A DNA stretch of 64,000 nucleotides, from contig NC_043015.1 in assembly GCF_006345805.1 (NCBI RefSeq), positions 15,872,001 to 15,936,000 of the forward strand. Direction: 5' to 3'. This DNA comes from Octopus sinensis. Lineage: Eukaryota. Position 1 is the first letter of the stretch; each line of letters starts with the position of its first letter. Both the position numbers and the translations under genes were made by a program. The notes beneath the pieces were generated by a model that made no database searches, was not told the DNA's origin, and worked only from the letters and a program-made list of their open reading frames with translations. Below are positions 1 to 14,264 of this stretch, one piece after another.

Positions 1-170
1 TTATTTTATTGAATTTGATAGTCAGATTGATATGATACACTCACACATACATTCAATTTAATCTTATTAAGTATAATGTTTTCAAAGATCTGCAGCACAG
101 ATCCTACATTATATACCTAAACGATAAATTAGTATACATATGTTGCTGATTGTTTTTCAGAAACTCTTAC

Positions 171-260
171 CTTTTATTCCATCTCTTCCAGGTATACCAG
201 AAAGACCTTTCACACCAGGTCTACCATTAAATCCTCGATCACCTTTTGTACCACTGAATC
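171..260 (-). CDS. COL4A1: Collagen IV exon, most 3' in window (90 nt, phase 1/1)
   Basis: tttcag|(G)[30 protein letters not shown]|gtaaga. Confidence 0.92.
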
Positions 261-314
261 CTGAAAATAAATATATGTATATGTATAATAAAATAATAAA
301 CATATGTATGTGTG

Positions 315-376
<62 letters not shown>

Positions 377-848
377 GGGGAGTGTGTGTGTTTATATATG
401 GTGTACTGAAAAGTTCCTTTCTTTGGGGAAAAGGAAATACAGGAGGATTAGTTAATGAGTTTATTAAACATATCCCCCTCTCAGATCACACACTCCAATG
501 GAGTAGCTCTTCAGGTTTTCTAAGCCCTGTAAAAGAACTCAGAAGTTTGGGACCCCAACCAGGCCTTTCGTGATACAGTTAAAGCAAGGAACTTTTCAGT
601 ATCCCATCATATATATATATATATAAGGATAAGATCATCAATTTAAAATAAAATAACGATTTTATCAAGTGGTCAGCATGGAAAAACTAACCTTCAAAGG
701 TAATAATTATTAAAATTATAAATTAGAGTATCTATGAGATACCACTATGCTGAAAATACCAGCCATGATCTGACTCTAAAACCACCTTAATTGTCTATAT
801 AACAATTGGTGGTATGGTGGTATCTCGTAGATACCCTAATTTACAATT

Positions 849-924
<76 letters not shown>

Positions 925-1217
925 AATTGTATGTGTAAATAGATATATGACTGCTACTCTTATGTTTAGAGCCACATGTAGATTATAATAATCCAGTCTG
1001 CCTTCTGGATAGTTATTAAGTAACTTCTATAGTGCATATCATAACGAGTCATGAACTACAGAGCAAATGTGGAAGAAATAAGGACAAACACAAGTCTGCA
1101 TTATAGTTCCTACATGAAGTTCATCAGTTCCAAACAACTGTAATGCTGAATGTGTATAGGAACTATAGTATAAACTTGAGTTTATCCTTGTTCCTCATAT
1201 ATATATATATATATATG

Positions 1218-1249
<32 letters not shown>

Positions 1250-1283
1250 TGTATGTATGTATGTATGTATGTATGTCTGCATG

Positions 1284-1328
<45 letters not shown>

Positions 1329-4300
1329 CTCCTTATTAAGTTTTATTTCAAGATTTCTTACCGATACAGAAAGAGATGGTTTCTAACCTAGATCCAAGGT
1401 TCTGCCATTGGAATTTCAACAACATCAACAGGATATTTTTCCATGTATGTGTGTATATGTGCAGTATTTGGAGTCAGTGGATGTGCAGATTTGTATGTTT
1501 TCTTTTATGTATATATTCTTATGCATATAGTTGCTTGTCTAGAGACATGCTTATATATACAAATGATAAACTTCTAGAAAATTTTTACCGATTTTTATAG
1601 ATCTAGTGATGGCTTGTATCAGTAGTCTTTGAATCAGCTTTCTGATTTTGAGAAGCCTAATTTCTTAAGATTGGTACTTAGGTAGTGAGTTAGCTATTCC
1701 AGTGCCCCAACATTTACAGGTATAGATTTGAACTTATAATCTGGTTAGAGTAACTGTAGATTTCTCAATAGTTCATTGTATGTATTTTCTTTTGAGCTGA
1801 TCTTTAGCTTTATATTTACACCAGCTGGGCAGTAAGTATGTATGATGCATGCATGCAATTATCAAGTTGTATTAATCACTTAAGATGAATGGAACTTGAA
1901 GAAGAGGATAACCAGGAAGGCATGGAATGGGTAAAAACTAATCTCAGGACCTTGAATTACATGGAGATGGCAAAGGACCATGACATCTGGAGAAATATGA
2001 TGCTTAGGAAAGTGCAACCTTCTTAGTGAAACTTAAGTTCTGGAAGAAAAATGTCTATGTAGACAACTACCTTCCACCACTGCCTAATTTTTTCAACCAA
2101 TCTTCTCTCCATACCCTCATTCTCTATCACTGATCTTGCCATCATTATCCAGTCTCAACTGGTGTAAACAAATGAGTGCACACTACCACACTTGAAACAT
2201 ACCTGTTATAATTCTTTATCTCGATTTGAATGTATGTGAAAGTATTTAGAATGCCCAAACTTATTTCTGCAAATGTCTTAAGCACTGATGTTGATCATAG
2301 TTTAATTGATAAGTGTTGGAGCACAGTAAATGCATACATACGACAGGCTTCTTTCAATTTCCAACCGCTAAACAGACTCACTTTGGTCAGCCCAAGGCTA
2401 TAGTAGAAGACACTTGCCCAAGGTGCACTGCAGTGGGACTTAACCCAGAACCATGTGTTTGGGAAGCAAGCTTTTTACCACACAACAACACATTGGAAAT
2501 ATCTCTAAAAGCTCTCAGATTTTAATAATGAATCATATCCTACATAGATAAGCATTGTTATTTTGCAACAGAATTATATTTATATTAATGTACATTACAT
2601 AATTATTAGATGCATTGATTGTTTAATTATTTCTTTGGCAAATCTCTACACATTATTCCTGATTGTAATAAAATGATAACAAACCATCTGAGCCTCTAGG
2701 ACCATCTTTTCCTGGTTGGCCAGGAAATCCAGTTTTACCCGGAGGTCCATCATCACCAGGATATCCAGGATCTCCTCGATCCTCAATATCTCCAATTCTA
2801 CTAGGTAATCCTTGTCGGCCATCCTCTCCTGGGCTGCCTGGCAAACCAGATAGACCTTAAAATAAAAGAACATTACATAATGAGTTCATATTTAAATAAC
2901 AATTTTCAGCAATCCATCAATGTCCACTTAAACTGTATTATAAAAGTAAAAGCATGTTATAATAATAGAGCAGACACTAGAGCACAGAAAGAAGTGCCAT
3001 AAGTATGTAAATAATCATTTCTACTAAAGGCATAAGGCCTTAAATTCTGCAGGGAAGGGGCTAGTCGATTGCATTGACCCCAGTACTAGACTGGATTTGA
3101 AAGAGAATACAGCATATCCAGACTATCACACTTCATATTCATACAATAAAACACTGCATGTCAGAGTGTGCAGGATGGAGTTGTATATATCTGCTCCTTG
3201 TAGATAAATATATACATACCTAGATATATGAGGGGACCCAAAAGAAACCAGAATTTTGCAATATTATTTTATTCACTTAGTTTTACATGTTTACACTTTC
3301 ATCACTTTCAAATATTCTCAATTTGAAGCAGTGCATTGGTCCAGGTGCATTTTCCACTATTCAAAGCAGTGCTGAAACTCTTGCGACATGATGTCTTTTA
3401 ATGCCTCCATCGGTTTTTTCTTCACTTCTTCCACATCTGCAAATACCCTAACACCAGCTTTCATCTGGATCAACTTCCAACTGTTCTTTCAGTTCATGAC
3501 ACACATTCAGTCATGACTACTTTTGATCTTCCCTGAGCAAGTGAGGCACAAATTTTGCTGCAACTATTTTCATTTGCAATTCCTCACTCAAACTTCGTTG
3601 GCAGGAGCTCCAGGACACATCAGTCATATCAACAAGTTCGTTAATTGTTCAGTGATAAACCTCCAAGATCAGTTCATGAATCTTCATAATGTTTTCCTTC
3701 GTTTGGGAGGTTAACAGTTGTCCTGAACGAGGTTGGTCTTCAAATGACAAGTGGCTGTTTCTAAAGAGTGGAAACCACTCATAAACTTTTATTTTGTTCA
3801 TGGCAGTGTCCTTGTTACCTGTTTGACGCATGCCAACTGTCTCAGCCATCGTTTTTCCTAGTAGAAAACAGAATTTCACAGAAGCATGCTGTTCATTTCA
3901 GCCATTGCAAAAATCAATGAACCAAGAAGCACTGCAAAACAAAGATGCACTACATGACAGTACAACTTCCCTGATGCTGGTCAGCCGACTGATGCCTGAG
4001 AGTTGCAGTTGCATCAAGTGGCATCTAGCAGCAGAAGCCTAAACTACAATGGCCTTGTCCCACAGAGAATGTTTCTGGTTACTTTTGGGACACCCCCCAC
4101 CCAATACGCAAGTGCTAACATATCAGAATCAATAGTGTATGTAAACATAATTTGTCAGCATATGATCCACAAAATGTGTATTTGACTTCCAAACTGAAAT
4201 CATGCGCTATCTACCTCGGAAGCAAACACTAAATAAAATCCTATCCATAGGAGAAGTCATAATAAATACCAAATAGAAAAATGTTAGAATATACCTCACA

Positions 4301-6433
4301 GTATCTTATTTTACAAACACAGCACACATATATTTCTAATTTTGCTGTGATGATACTTTCCAGTTAGAAATAAGGACCACCATGTCCTCATCTTTTAAAT
4401 TGGAATTTTTGAAATGGAAATTTAATTTTAAATTAGAATTTATAACCAAAATTACTGTTTTTAGATACATCAGCAATGTCTAATATTATGCTCTATATTT
4501 CATTTATTTACAATAATTATACATAAACTTTTTACAGATATATTTAATTAGTCTAACATATATGTCAGTTACTATCCTGAATTCAGAGCTCTTAAACACA
4601 TTTAAAATTTCACACTTCTAGCAACGAAAGGCAAACTGATTACTGACAAAAGAATATAAAATTATATATTGAGATGATCCATACCATCATCACCAGATGG
4701 TCCTCTTAATCCTGGAACACCATCCTGACCTGGGTAGGAACCACCTGGGGTTCCAGGTAATCCTGGTCGACCTTCATCACCAGGAAATCCAGGGTATCCT
4801 TAAAAAAGAATGAACATATTCATTAAGTAACGAGTTTCATATAAAGGCACTGAAATTATATACACACAAACACTTATGAATTGTCATGATAATGGGTGTA
4901 CGTGTGTATACATATATATATATATATAATATATATATATATATATACACATACATGCATACCATACATACATGTATGCATAAATTCATACATAGACACG
5001 TGTGTGTACATACATACATTTTATTAGTGGTACAATGAAAACTTGTAAGACATTCCAGAAATTCTCCATCTGAGATTCTTATGTGAATAGATGCACATGC
5101 TAGGGTGTATGCATTGACAGTTCAACTAACACACCAACTCAACCATATATTTACACCAGGAACTCTCTCAACTCAACAAGCCATGTCACTTTGTTAGCAA
5201 CCAACTCGAACTCTCTCAAGAACTTTTATAAAACTCACAGGAAAAACAAACAGACATACATATATGCATGCATGCCTGCATATATGCATCTGCGGATAAT
5301 GTTATATTTTTTCTTTTATTGCTTCAAATCATAAATGACTAGATAATCCTATCAGTAATCAATGACACTCTCAACTCATCTTTGTAGGGGTATGTTCTTT
5401 TATTTGTTCAATTGTCTGATTTGGAGAAAGGCTCATGGCTTCACAGGCTCTCTAACACCACAGAAGTTGATGCAGTTGATGTTCTTCTTAAACTGTATGT
5501 CAAAGACTGCAGAAAAGAATTCTAAAGGACTGATGTTCTATAGAGAAAAATATTGGAAAAGTGTCACTCAGTTAGGTTTGGATGGAAATGGAATGAGACC
5601 AACCAACACTAAGAAGTAGAGACCAAAATAAGAGCGGCAGAAGAAAAGCAAACTAAGGAGACAGTACATTTGTGAGCCAGAAGCTGGTGGGAGTGACTCT
5701 ATGCCAATTATTTGCATGACTTTTTTTTTTTTTTAGCAATCTGCAATGTCTGAGTGCTGTAAAGAATTCTGTCTCAGATATTGCAACTTTATTCCAATTT
5801 GTGTCTCTCTTTGGCAGGAAACAAGCAACTGCTATAGGCTGAAGTATTTTCTATGCCTACAGAGGAATGAAGGAATGCTGAACCCTAGTGATCATGTTTT
5901 TTTTTCTTGCTATATTGAAGATGTAGGACACCAGGATAGATAAACACAAATGGCCTGGTCATGGGGAAATATTATCTTTCTGGAGAACAGGGAAATTAAA
6001 GGAACTGGAAGGGTATTCAGTTCAGCAAATCTGCTTCAATAAACTCCATTTAATCCTTGCAAGCATGGGAAAGTGAGCATTAAAAGTGATTTTTGTGCTA
6101 TTTTGAAAGAGGCAAGATTGAACAAGACACAACTGGAAATGTCATTGAAGTTTCTGCTCACAAAGATAGTGGTGTAAATTTGCTGTGAGACATCTGGGCT
6201 GCATTTTAATAACACTTGGATGAGAAAGTAAGACAAAAGTTGAAAAATGGTATCATCTGCATGAAATTTCACATCCCACACACAAACCAAACAGCAACAT
6301 TTTTCAAGCACTAAAAATCATAATTATTCTGCAACTAAAGTTGGCTGATAAGATTGGTTTATCCTTGTTCGTATTTGCTCTCTTCTGTTAGATGTCATAC
6401 ACATCTTACACCATTAATCTGAATTATTTATAC

Positions 6434-6479
<46 letters not shown>

Positions 6480-7699
6480 TAGATAAATAGATACACACAA
6501 TATATTGAGTGGTAGACTTAATTTCTCATCCAGTTGAACAGCACCATTTAGTGTCATAAGTGAGCAGACCCAACTCTATTGCAAGCATTCAGACAAAACT
6601 TCTTGCTTGGAGATATCTCCCCCTTGCTGTCTCTCCCACTAGCCTTGAAGACCCTGTAATGATCATAGGGACTGTCTTCTCTCCTGATTAAAGGGTTATG
6701 TATACATATATATGTGTGTGTGTGTGTGTAGACAATGTGAGGACATCTTATCCTAATAAGGGATTATTATATCCAAAATTTCACTGGTTTAATCTCGCCA
6801 ACACCATTGAGGAATATTTCTTTGACATATAGGGAATTATTATAAATATAATCTCCTAATATAATATTGAGTGTAGTATTTTCATGATATATATGTCCAA
6901 AATCATGCAGGTGAGAGTAGGAGAAATAGTATAAGTGAAGGAAGAGGAGAGAAAATAGTAATTCAATAAAGGAGAAGTCGTGGGAATAATAGCCATGACT
7001 GAGAGGGAGTGAGAGAAAGTAATAGCAATGAGAGAGAGGAAGTGGCAAATAGCAAGTTGTGTATCTTCTACTATGATAACACTTTTGTGGTTTTGCCCAT
7101 CAAAACTTATAAATGAGAAAAGAAGGAAGGGGTGCTAGATGAATAACAAGTGAAGGAGTGAAGACAAAAATCAGCATTTCAATTCTGTGTGTATATGTGT
7201 TTGTAAAAGGAGGTATATGAATGTGTATGTGTGTGCGCAAGGGAAGTATGTGAATGTATGTGAACACTGACAAGTATATTAATTTGATTTAGCATCCATA
7301 TCTTCTACTATAATAATACTCTTGTGCATTACTCTGTCACAACATATGAATAAGAAAGGAAGGGGTGATAGATGAATAAGGAAGGAAAGTGTGATGACAA
7401 ATTTGGTAGGGGAATGATGGAAATTCTATGGTGAAAAAATCAGTGTTTCAACTGAGTGAGAGTATAAATGTGTGTACGTAAAAGGGAGTCATGTGAATGT
7501 TAGTGTGTATGTGTGTGTGTGTGTGTGTGCAATAGAAGTGGGATGGTGAACATTCAATGCTGAAAAGAAAAATCAGACAGCATTTCAACTCTGTGTAAGT
7601 ATATGTGTGTGCATGTGCAAGGGAAGTGTGTTAATGTTTGTATCTGTCATTAATATGTACCTTATTTTGTACCTTATTTTTATATAAAATACTGCAATT

Positions 7700-7761
<62 letters not shown>

Positions 7762-10700
7762 TTATAATATATATTATATTATATTATATATATTATAATA
7801 GCACAGAATTTTGTCAGTGAACAGGTCGTGGCCTCAAAGTGACGAAAATATTTTGACAAATTAAATTTAAATGTTGAAGTGAATCTAACGGATTTTGTGT
7901 GTTTCTTAAATGGCTTATAAACATCTTCCACGCTGCAATTGTTATATATATATATACATATATATATACATACATCTGTGTGAGTTAGAGTTTGAGAAAA
8001 CAAGGGATAGTATCTATCCAATATACTACTTGTAGTGTAACCAGTTATTTATGGCCAAGTGCTAGTTATTGCATGACAATCTCTCAATTGAGTATTATAT
8101 ATGAGCTGGGGTAAACTAGTGGTTTATGCTTGATTTATACAGGAAATCATGATGAAATATGATTTAGAAAATTGAACAGAATCATATGCCCCTATGCATC
8201 TTAGAATAACCATTAAGGACCATAAAAACAATTTTCATTCTAAGCCATAAGTAAGACTGATATGCCCATGTAAGTCTGATATTGGAAGACTCTGTAAACT
8301 TATACTAGATAAATATATGGATAAACTTAATACGTTAAATAAAATTAAACTCTGGAGTTGTACCCGAGATACGTTAAATTGGTTCAAAAATATCAAAGAT
8401 AAAAATAGGCGCAAGTTCATCATCCAAATAGATATAGAAAATTAGTATTCATCTATTAACGAGATTATTCTTTATAAGGCCCTTTTATGTTATGAAATTG
8501 GTTAAGATGACATATGATGAAGTTAAAATAGTGCTGACAGCGAGGAAATCCCTAATTAGATATAAAAATAAAATATGGGCTAGGAAACATAGAGCCATGG
8601 GTGCCCCAGACTCTACCCAAGTAACAGATCTAGTAGGAGTGTACCTATTATCTGAACTTGAGTTAGAACACCTTAACATAGAGGGAGGTCTATATAGGGA
8701 CGACCTACTCCTTATAACTAGAAACTGCACCAATAGATCATTAGAAAACATGAAAAAATATACAAATTCTTTAAGAATTATGGTTTAGATATCTCTATAG
8801 AGAAAGAATATTCCACGGTTAACTACCTAGATGCAAACCTAAACTTGGTAACTAATATAACCCACCCTTTCCATAAGTTAAACGAGAACCTTAAGTACAT
8901 TAATGCCCTTAGTAACCATCCTAGCTCAGTTAAAAAAGCATTAATAGAGAATATAAGTAAAAGAATTTCTATGTTATCCTCGGATATTGATACTTTCAAT
9001 AAATATGCCTCTTACTATAATAGTGCACTAAAAGAAGCAGGCTATAATTCAAAAATTAAATTCTTTAATAATTACAGACCAATAATAGTACTATTAATCA
9101 TCCTAACTCTCAAACCAACTATAGTAGTAATAGCAATGATAATAATAAACAATATAGAGAAATAAATAAAGATAATTATGATATAGTCTAAATAAAAATG
9201 ATAATACTAATAATTATAGTAAGGATAATACAAAAAATAATTCGAATAAAAATGATAAGCATAAATATATATCCATGAAGAATACACTGTTAACGATGAA
9301 AAATAATTATTATTATTACAATAATAGTATTAATAATAATAACAATGAATATAAACATAAGGAAATTATATGGCTAATTATCCCTTATGGAGCCCAAATT
9401 CAAACTAATATTATTAAAGAAATTTTGAACATAATAAAAACATCCTTTAAAACATCCTTTAAATACAACTATTAGAGTGAGCTATTCTATAACAAGGAAT
9501 GCAAGAAATATTACATCCTCAATGCACAATTTCAAATTAAAATAAATGTTATAATAATAATATAACTAATATTAACCATAGCTACAGCAGAACTATAACA
9601 AATAATAAAAATAACGGTATTTTAAATAAATGAACATGAAAAGATAAATCCAAATTATAGCCTGCTTCTTTTAGTGCACTATTATAGTAAGAGGCATATT
9701 TATTGAAAGTATCAATATCCGAGGATAACATAGAAATTCTTTTACTTATATTCTCTATTAATGCTTTTTTAACTGAGCTAGGATGGTTACTAAGGGCATT
9801 AATGTACTTAAGGTTCTCGTTTAAATGCACATGAAAAGATCAATCTAGATAACGAAATTTATAAATGTATAGTAACCGCTAACAATAACAACAACAACAA
9901 CAATATTAATAATAAAGAATATATTGGATCCACAGCGAACGAAATTAAAAGAATTTCTCAGCATTATCAGTCTTTCAAAAATCCCAAATTAAAAAACTTC
10001 TACAGGTCTAAGTAAATACATATGGAAGTTAAAATCTAATAAAATAGAGTACACCCTTAATTGGTATATTATTTGTAGAGCGAACTCGTATAAAATAGGT
10101 AACAAAACATGCTTATTATGTACAACAGAGTTTATGAAAATGCTCCAGTCGATAGAGTTATTTTTAAACACTAATGAAGAGAGAGGAATAAAATGCCGAC
10201 ATAGGAATAGCTTTACATATAATAAAATGAAAATATGCTAAATAAACCCCCACCAGCATATCATCTCCACACACTTATGATGAATATAGTTACTAGAAGT
10301 TTCAATAGTATTCATAGTGGTATTATATACGTATATAATAAGAACTAAGTATTTATTAAACAATATTACCTCTAAATGAATAGTCATGCCACATTTATGT
10401 AACATAAATCTCAAAATCTACAACACTTTAAAACTCCATGCATAGCTAACTTTACGATTATAGCCCCATTTTTAGTTATTATCTCTTGACTTCAACCTCT
10501 CTTATAATATTATTTTTAGAATATTTTCCAAAGTATTTTATTTTATTCTTTTATGTTATACCCAATTCCCATAATACTTAGCGTCTGACATTTGCTCTTG
10601 AACTTGCAGGATTCAACCTTGTGTCGTAAAGTAATATACCTTTTTACTTCTTTTATTCACTAAGTTTCTAAAGTAAGTAGTTCTATTTACTAAGTAATAT

Positions 10701-11258
10701 TTATTCTAGACTTTTAACTCACATTTGGCATAAAATATGTTTTATTATACTAGTACTGACAGGAGTATATTTTACAATAAATTATTACAAGTAATAGAAT
10801 TTCTATAATATTTATTTACGTTCATATATTTGTTTTGCAAGATTCTTGATGTGAAATTGTGTGTTGAAACAGATGTTGTATTTAGGAATGGTCATTTTGC
10901 CAGTTTAGCCAGTAAAAACACACGCACTATATATTTGGTGTTAATTTGCTTCAGCGTTATTTATTTTTTACATTAATCTTAATCTTATTTCGGCCAGAGT
11001 TCTTTCGTCACACTTCTGTGACCTCATCAGTGGTCCTTTGCTTTCTTCCTTCTTATTTTTGTGTCTCTCCTTACTAACGGTCAGTCATTTTGTATTCCTA
11101 TTGTATATGTCTTCATTTTTCGTATGCGTATACCTCTATGTGTCTATGTTTAGTTAGTGTGTAGGGTGGAGTGCCTGTAATATTTGTATCTCCTGTTTAT
11201 ACACGTTCGTGTAATTTGTTTTTGTTTATTTTTATTTTGTTCATGTGTTTACACCTAC

Positions 11259-11290
<32 letters not shown>

Positions 11291-12888
11291 TGGTTGTATT
11301 TAGTTAAATTTTTTAATGTATACAGTTATTTACTTCCATTTGTTTATTTATCTGTGTATTTTATTATGTTATTAGTTTTGTTTCTATTGTTACCAGTTTA
11401 TGGGGATCTTCTTCTGTCATATGCTGTGGTGTGTTGGGGTGTGTGCTAGTGTTCCATTCCAGTTTCCTATTCAGGCTAGGTTTATCTTCTATTATGTGTG
11501 TAGCTTCCGTAATTTGACTGATTGTTGCGTCTGTTCTATGTGTGGACAAGATTTTAACTTCCATGTTGTTGAGTGAGCCCCCGTGTTCCTGCTCGGCGTG
11601 TTGGTACAGAACCGATGAGCTCTTTTCTTCCTTAAGTTCTCTCCAATGTTTCATTTACCCACTCTCCTATGCTCCGTGCCGTTTACCTTACGTATGTCGT
11701 TGTCTTGTTATTGCATCGTCCCCCTATACATCTTATACTATAAACTACATTTCTGGCTTTACAGTTTGTTTGTGGGCTAAATCTACACACAGTACAGTTC
11801 CTATCCGTACAGGGGGTTCTACTAAAAGGGTAGGTTCTACCGATTAAGGATTTAATAGGGTTGCCTGGCCTTTCAACAACCTTAATCCTTAACTTAAGTT
11901 TGTCTAGGGCCCTTCTAAAGCGGTACACCAGTTCGCCTCAAGGGGTGGTGTCGACAAACATGACACTCTGGTATTTGTGGCTATCATACCAGGCCTTCCC
12001 TATTTTCTTCTTAGTCCTTTCAATAGTGTTCCATGACTTGCTCCTATAGAGTGGGCAAATCCCATTCCTATCATTACATAAGATAGTATCAAATTTCTTC
12101 ATGGCTCCTTTGTATACTCTGATCCTTTCTTTATGGCTGTAACCTGAGAACTGCATGCGGTGAACGAAATGTTGAATGTATCTCTTTAACTCTGTAGGCT
12201 CGCACATGCGGGACACATTTCGCATTATTCTGACGAGGTCTGCCATCAAAATATTGAATTTGGCATTGTCCGCGATAGCTGAGTTCCGGTGGATTAAGTA
12301 TTTGAAGGCCATAGGTTTGGCATAGTACGAATGAAGGATTCAGGTTTTATTATTCTCAGTTTCCAGCCAAAGTTCTGTGTCTAGTACTGGTACTCTATGG
12401 TTAGGGTGTTTAGTAGGGTAGTCTATCGTGACCTTAATACTCTGGTGGATGGAGTTAGCTATTTGCTGGATGCTCTCCATAGTATTAGTTTCTACTTCTA
12501 TTTCAACAGTACTCTCTTGTGGGGGTGCCTTTACCACTATGTTGATATCATCAACATAGCGAGAGTACATGTTCACGAGTATGGAGTTCTGTGTCAGACG
12601 TTCCTTAAGCCTTCTGTCCCACCATACCATGAAAAGGTTGGCCACATCACTGGCGATACTAACGCCGATGGCTGCCCCTCGTCTTGGGTGTATATTTCAT
12701 TGTTAAACTTAAACGTGTGGCCTTTTAGGGTAACTCTTATACTAGCTCCTAGTGCATGTGCGATCATTTTCTTTACTTGATGGACATTTGCAGGTAACAA
12801 TATAAACAAAACTAATAACAATAAAATACACAGATGAATAAATAAATGGAAGTAAATAACTATATACATTAAAACTAAATACAACCAA

Positions 12889-12934
<46 letters not shown>

Positions 12935-13251
12935 AGGTGTAAACACATGAACGAAATAAAAATAAACAAAAACAAATTACACGAACTAAACATAGATACA
13001 CATAGAGGTATACGCATGCGAAAAATGAAGACATACACTAGGAATACAAAATACAAAATGGCTGACCATTAGTAAGGAGAGACACACAAATAAGAAAGAA
13101 GAAAGCAAAGGACCACTGATGAGGTCACAGAAATGTGACAAAAGAACTCTGGCCGAAATAAGATTAAGATTAATGTAAAAAATAAATAACGCTGAAGCAA
13201 ATTAACACCAAATATATAGTGCGTGTGTTTTTATTGTCAATAACCATTATA

Positions 13252-13282
<31 letters not shown>

Positions 13283-13484
13283 ATATATTACAGAGATGTG
13301 CTTGCATAGCAACTGACCTGATCTGAGATCATATGCTGAAACAAAAACATTTGCAGTGTGCGGAAGGTGTTTATAAGCCCTTTAAAAATGCACAAAAACG
13401 TTAGATTCACTTCAAAATTTAAATTTAATTTGGCAAGATATTTTCGTTGCTTTGAGACCGTAAATATATTTACATATATACATA

Positions 13485-13554
<70 letters not shown>

Positions 13555-14222
13555 GGTAAGGCAACTGCATGAAAAATACCTAGCCAAAGATAAATCTCTG
13601 TACTTAGCTTTTGTTGCCTGGGAGAAAGCCTTTGACAGCGTACCCCGATCCCTTATCTAGTGGTCAATAAGGAAAATGGAGATAGACGAGCACAGGGATG
13701 CTCTAAATAATATGAGGGTTGGCAATGAGTATAGTGAAGAATTCCGAGTAGAAGTAGGGGTTCACCAAGAATCAGTCCTCAGCCGACCTCTTATTCATTA
13801 TAATCCTTCAGACAATAACAGAGGAATTCAAGACAGGCTGCCTCTGGGAGCTCCTCTATACTGATGACCTTGCTCTATTAGAGACGAAGATTAGGGAGCA
13901 AGGTCTAGAATTGAAGGGCCTTGGGGTTAACCTAGCAAAAACCAAAGTGTTAGTAAGTAGGAAGCCTGTCAAATTACAACCCTCTTCAGGTAGATGGCCC
14001 TGCTCGATCTGCAGAAAAGACGATGTATCCGGTGTAAACTATGGACACGTAAAAGGTATTGAACGAGGTATTGAAAATCTTGTTGAACATTGGGAAGAAG
14101 TTGTAAACAACAAGGGTGAATAATTATTGATTAATTAGTTGTTATTTTTTATTAAACCCCTTAAAAACTTTAAATTTAAAACAGTGGGAACTTAGTTGCT
14201 AACCCAACATATAAATGTTTTA

Positions 14223-14264
<42 letters not shown>

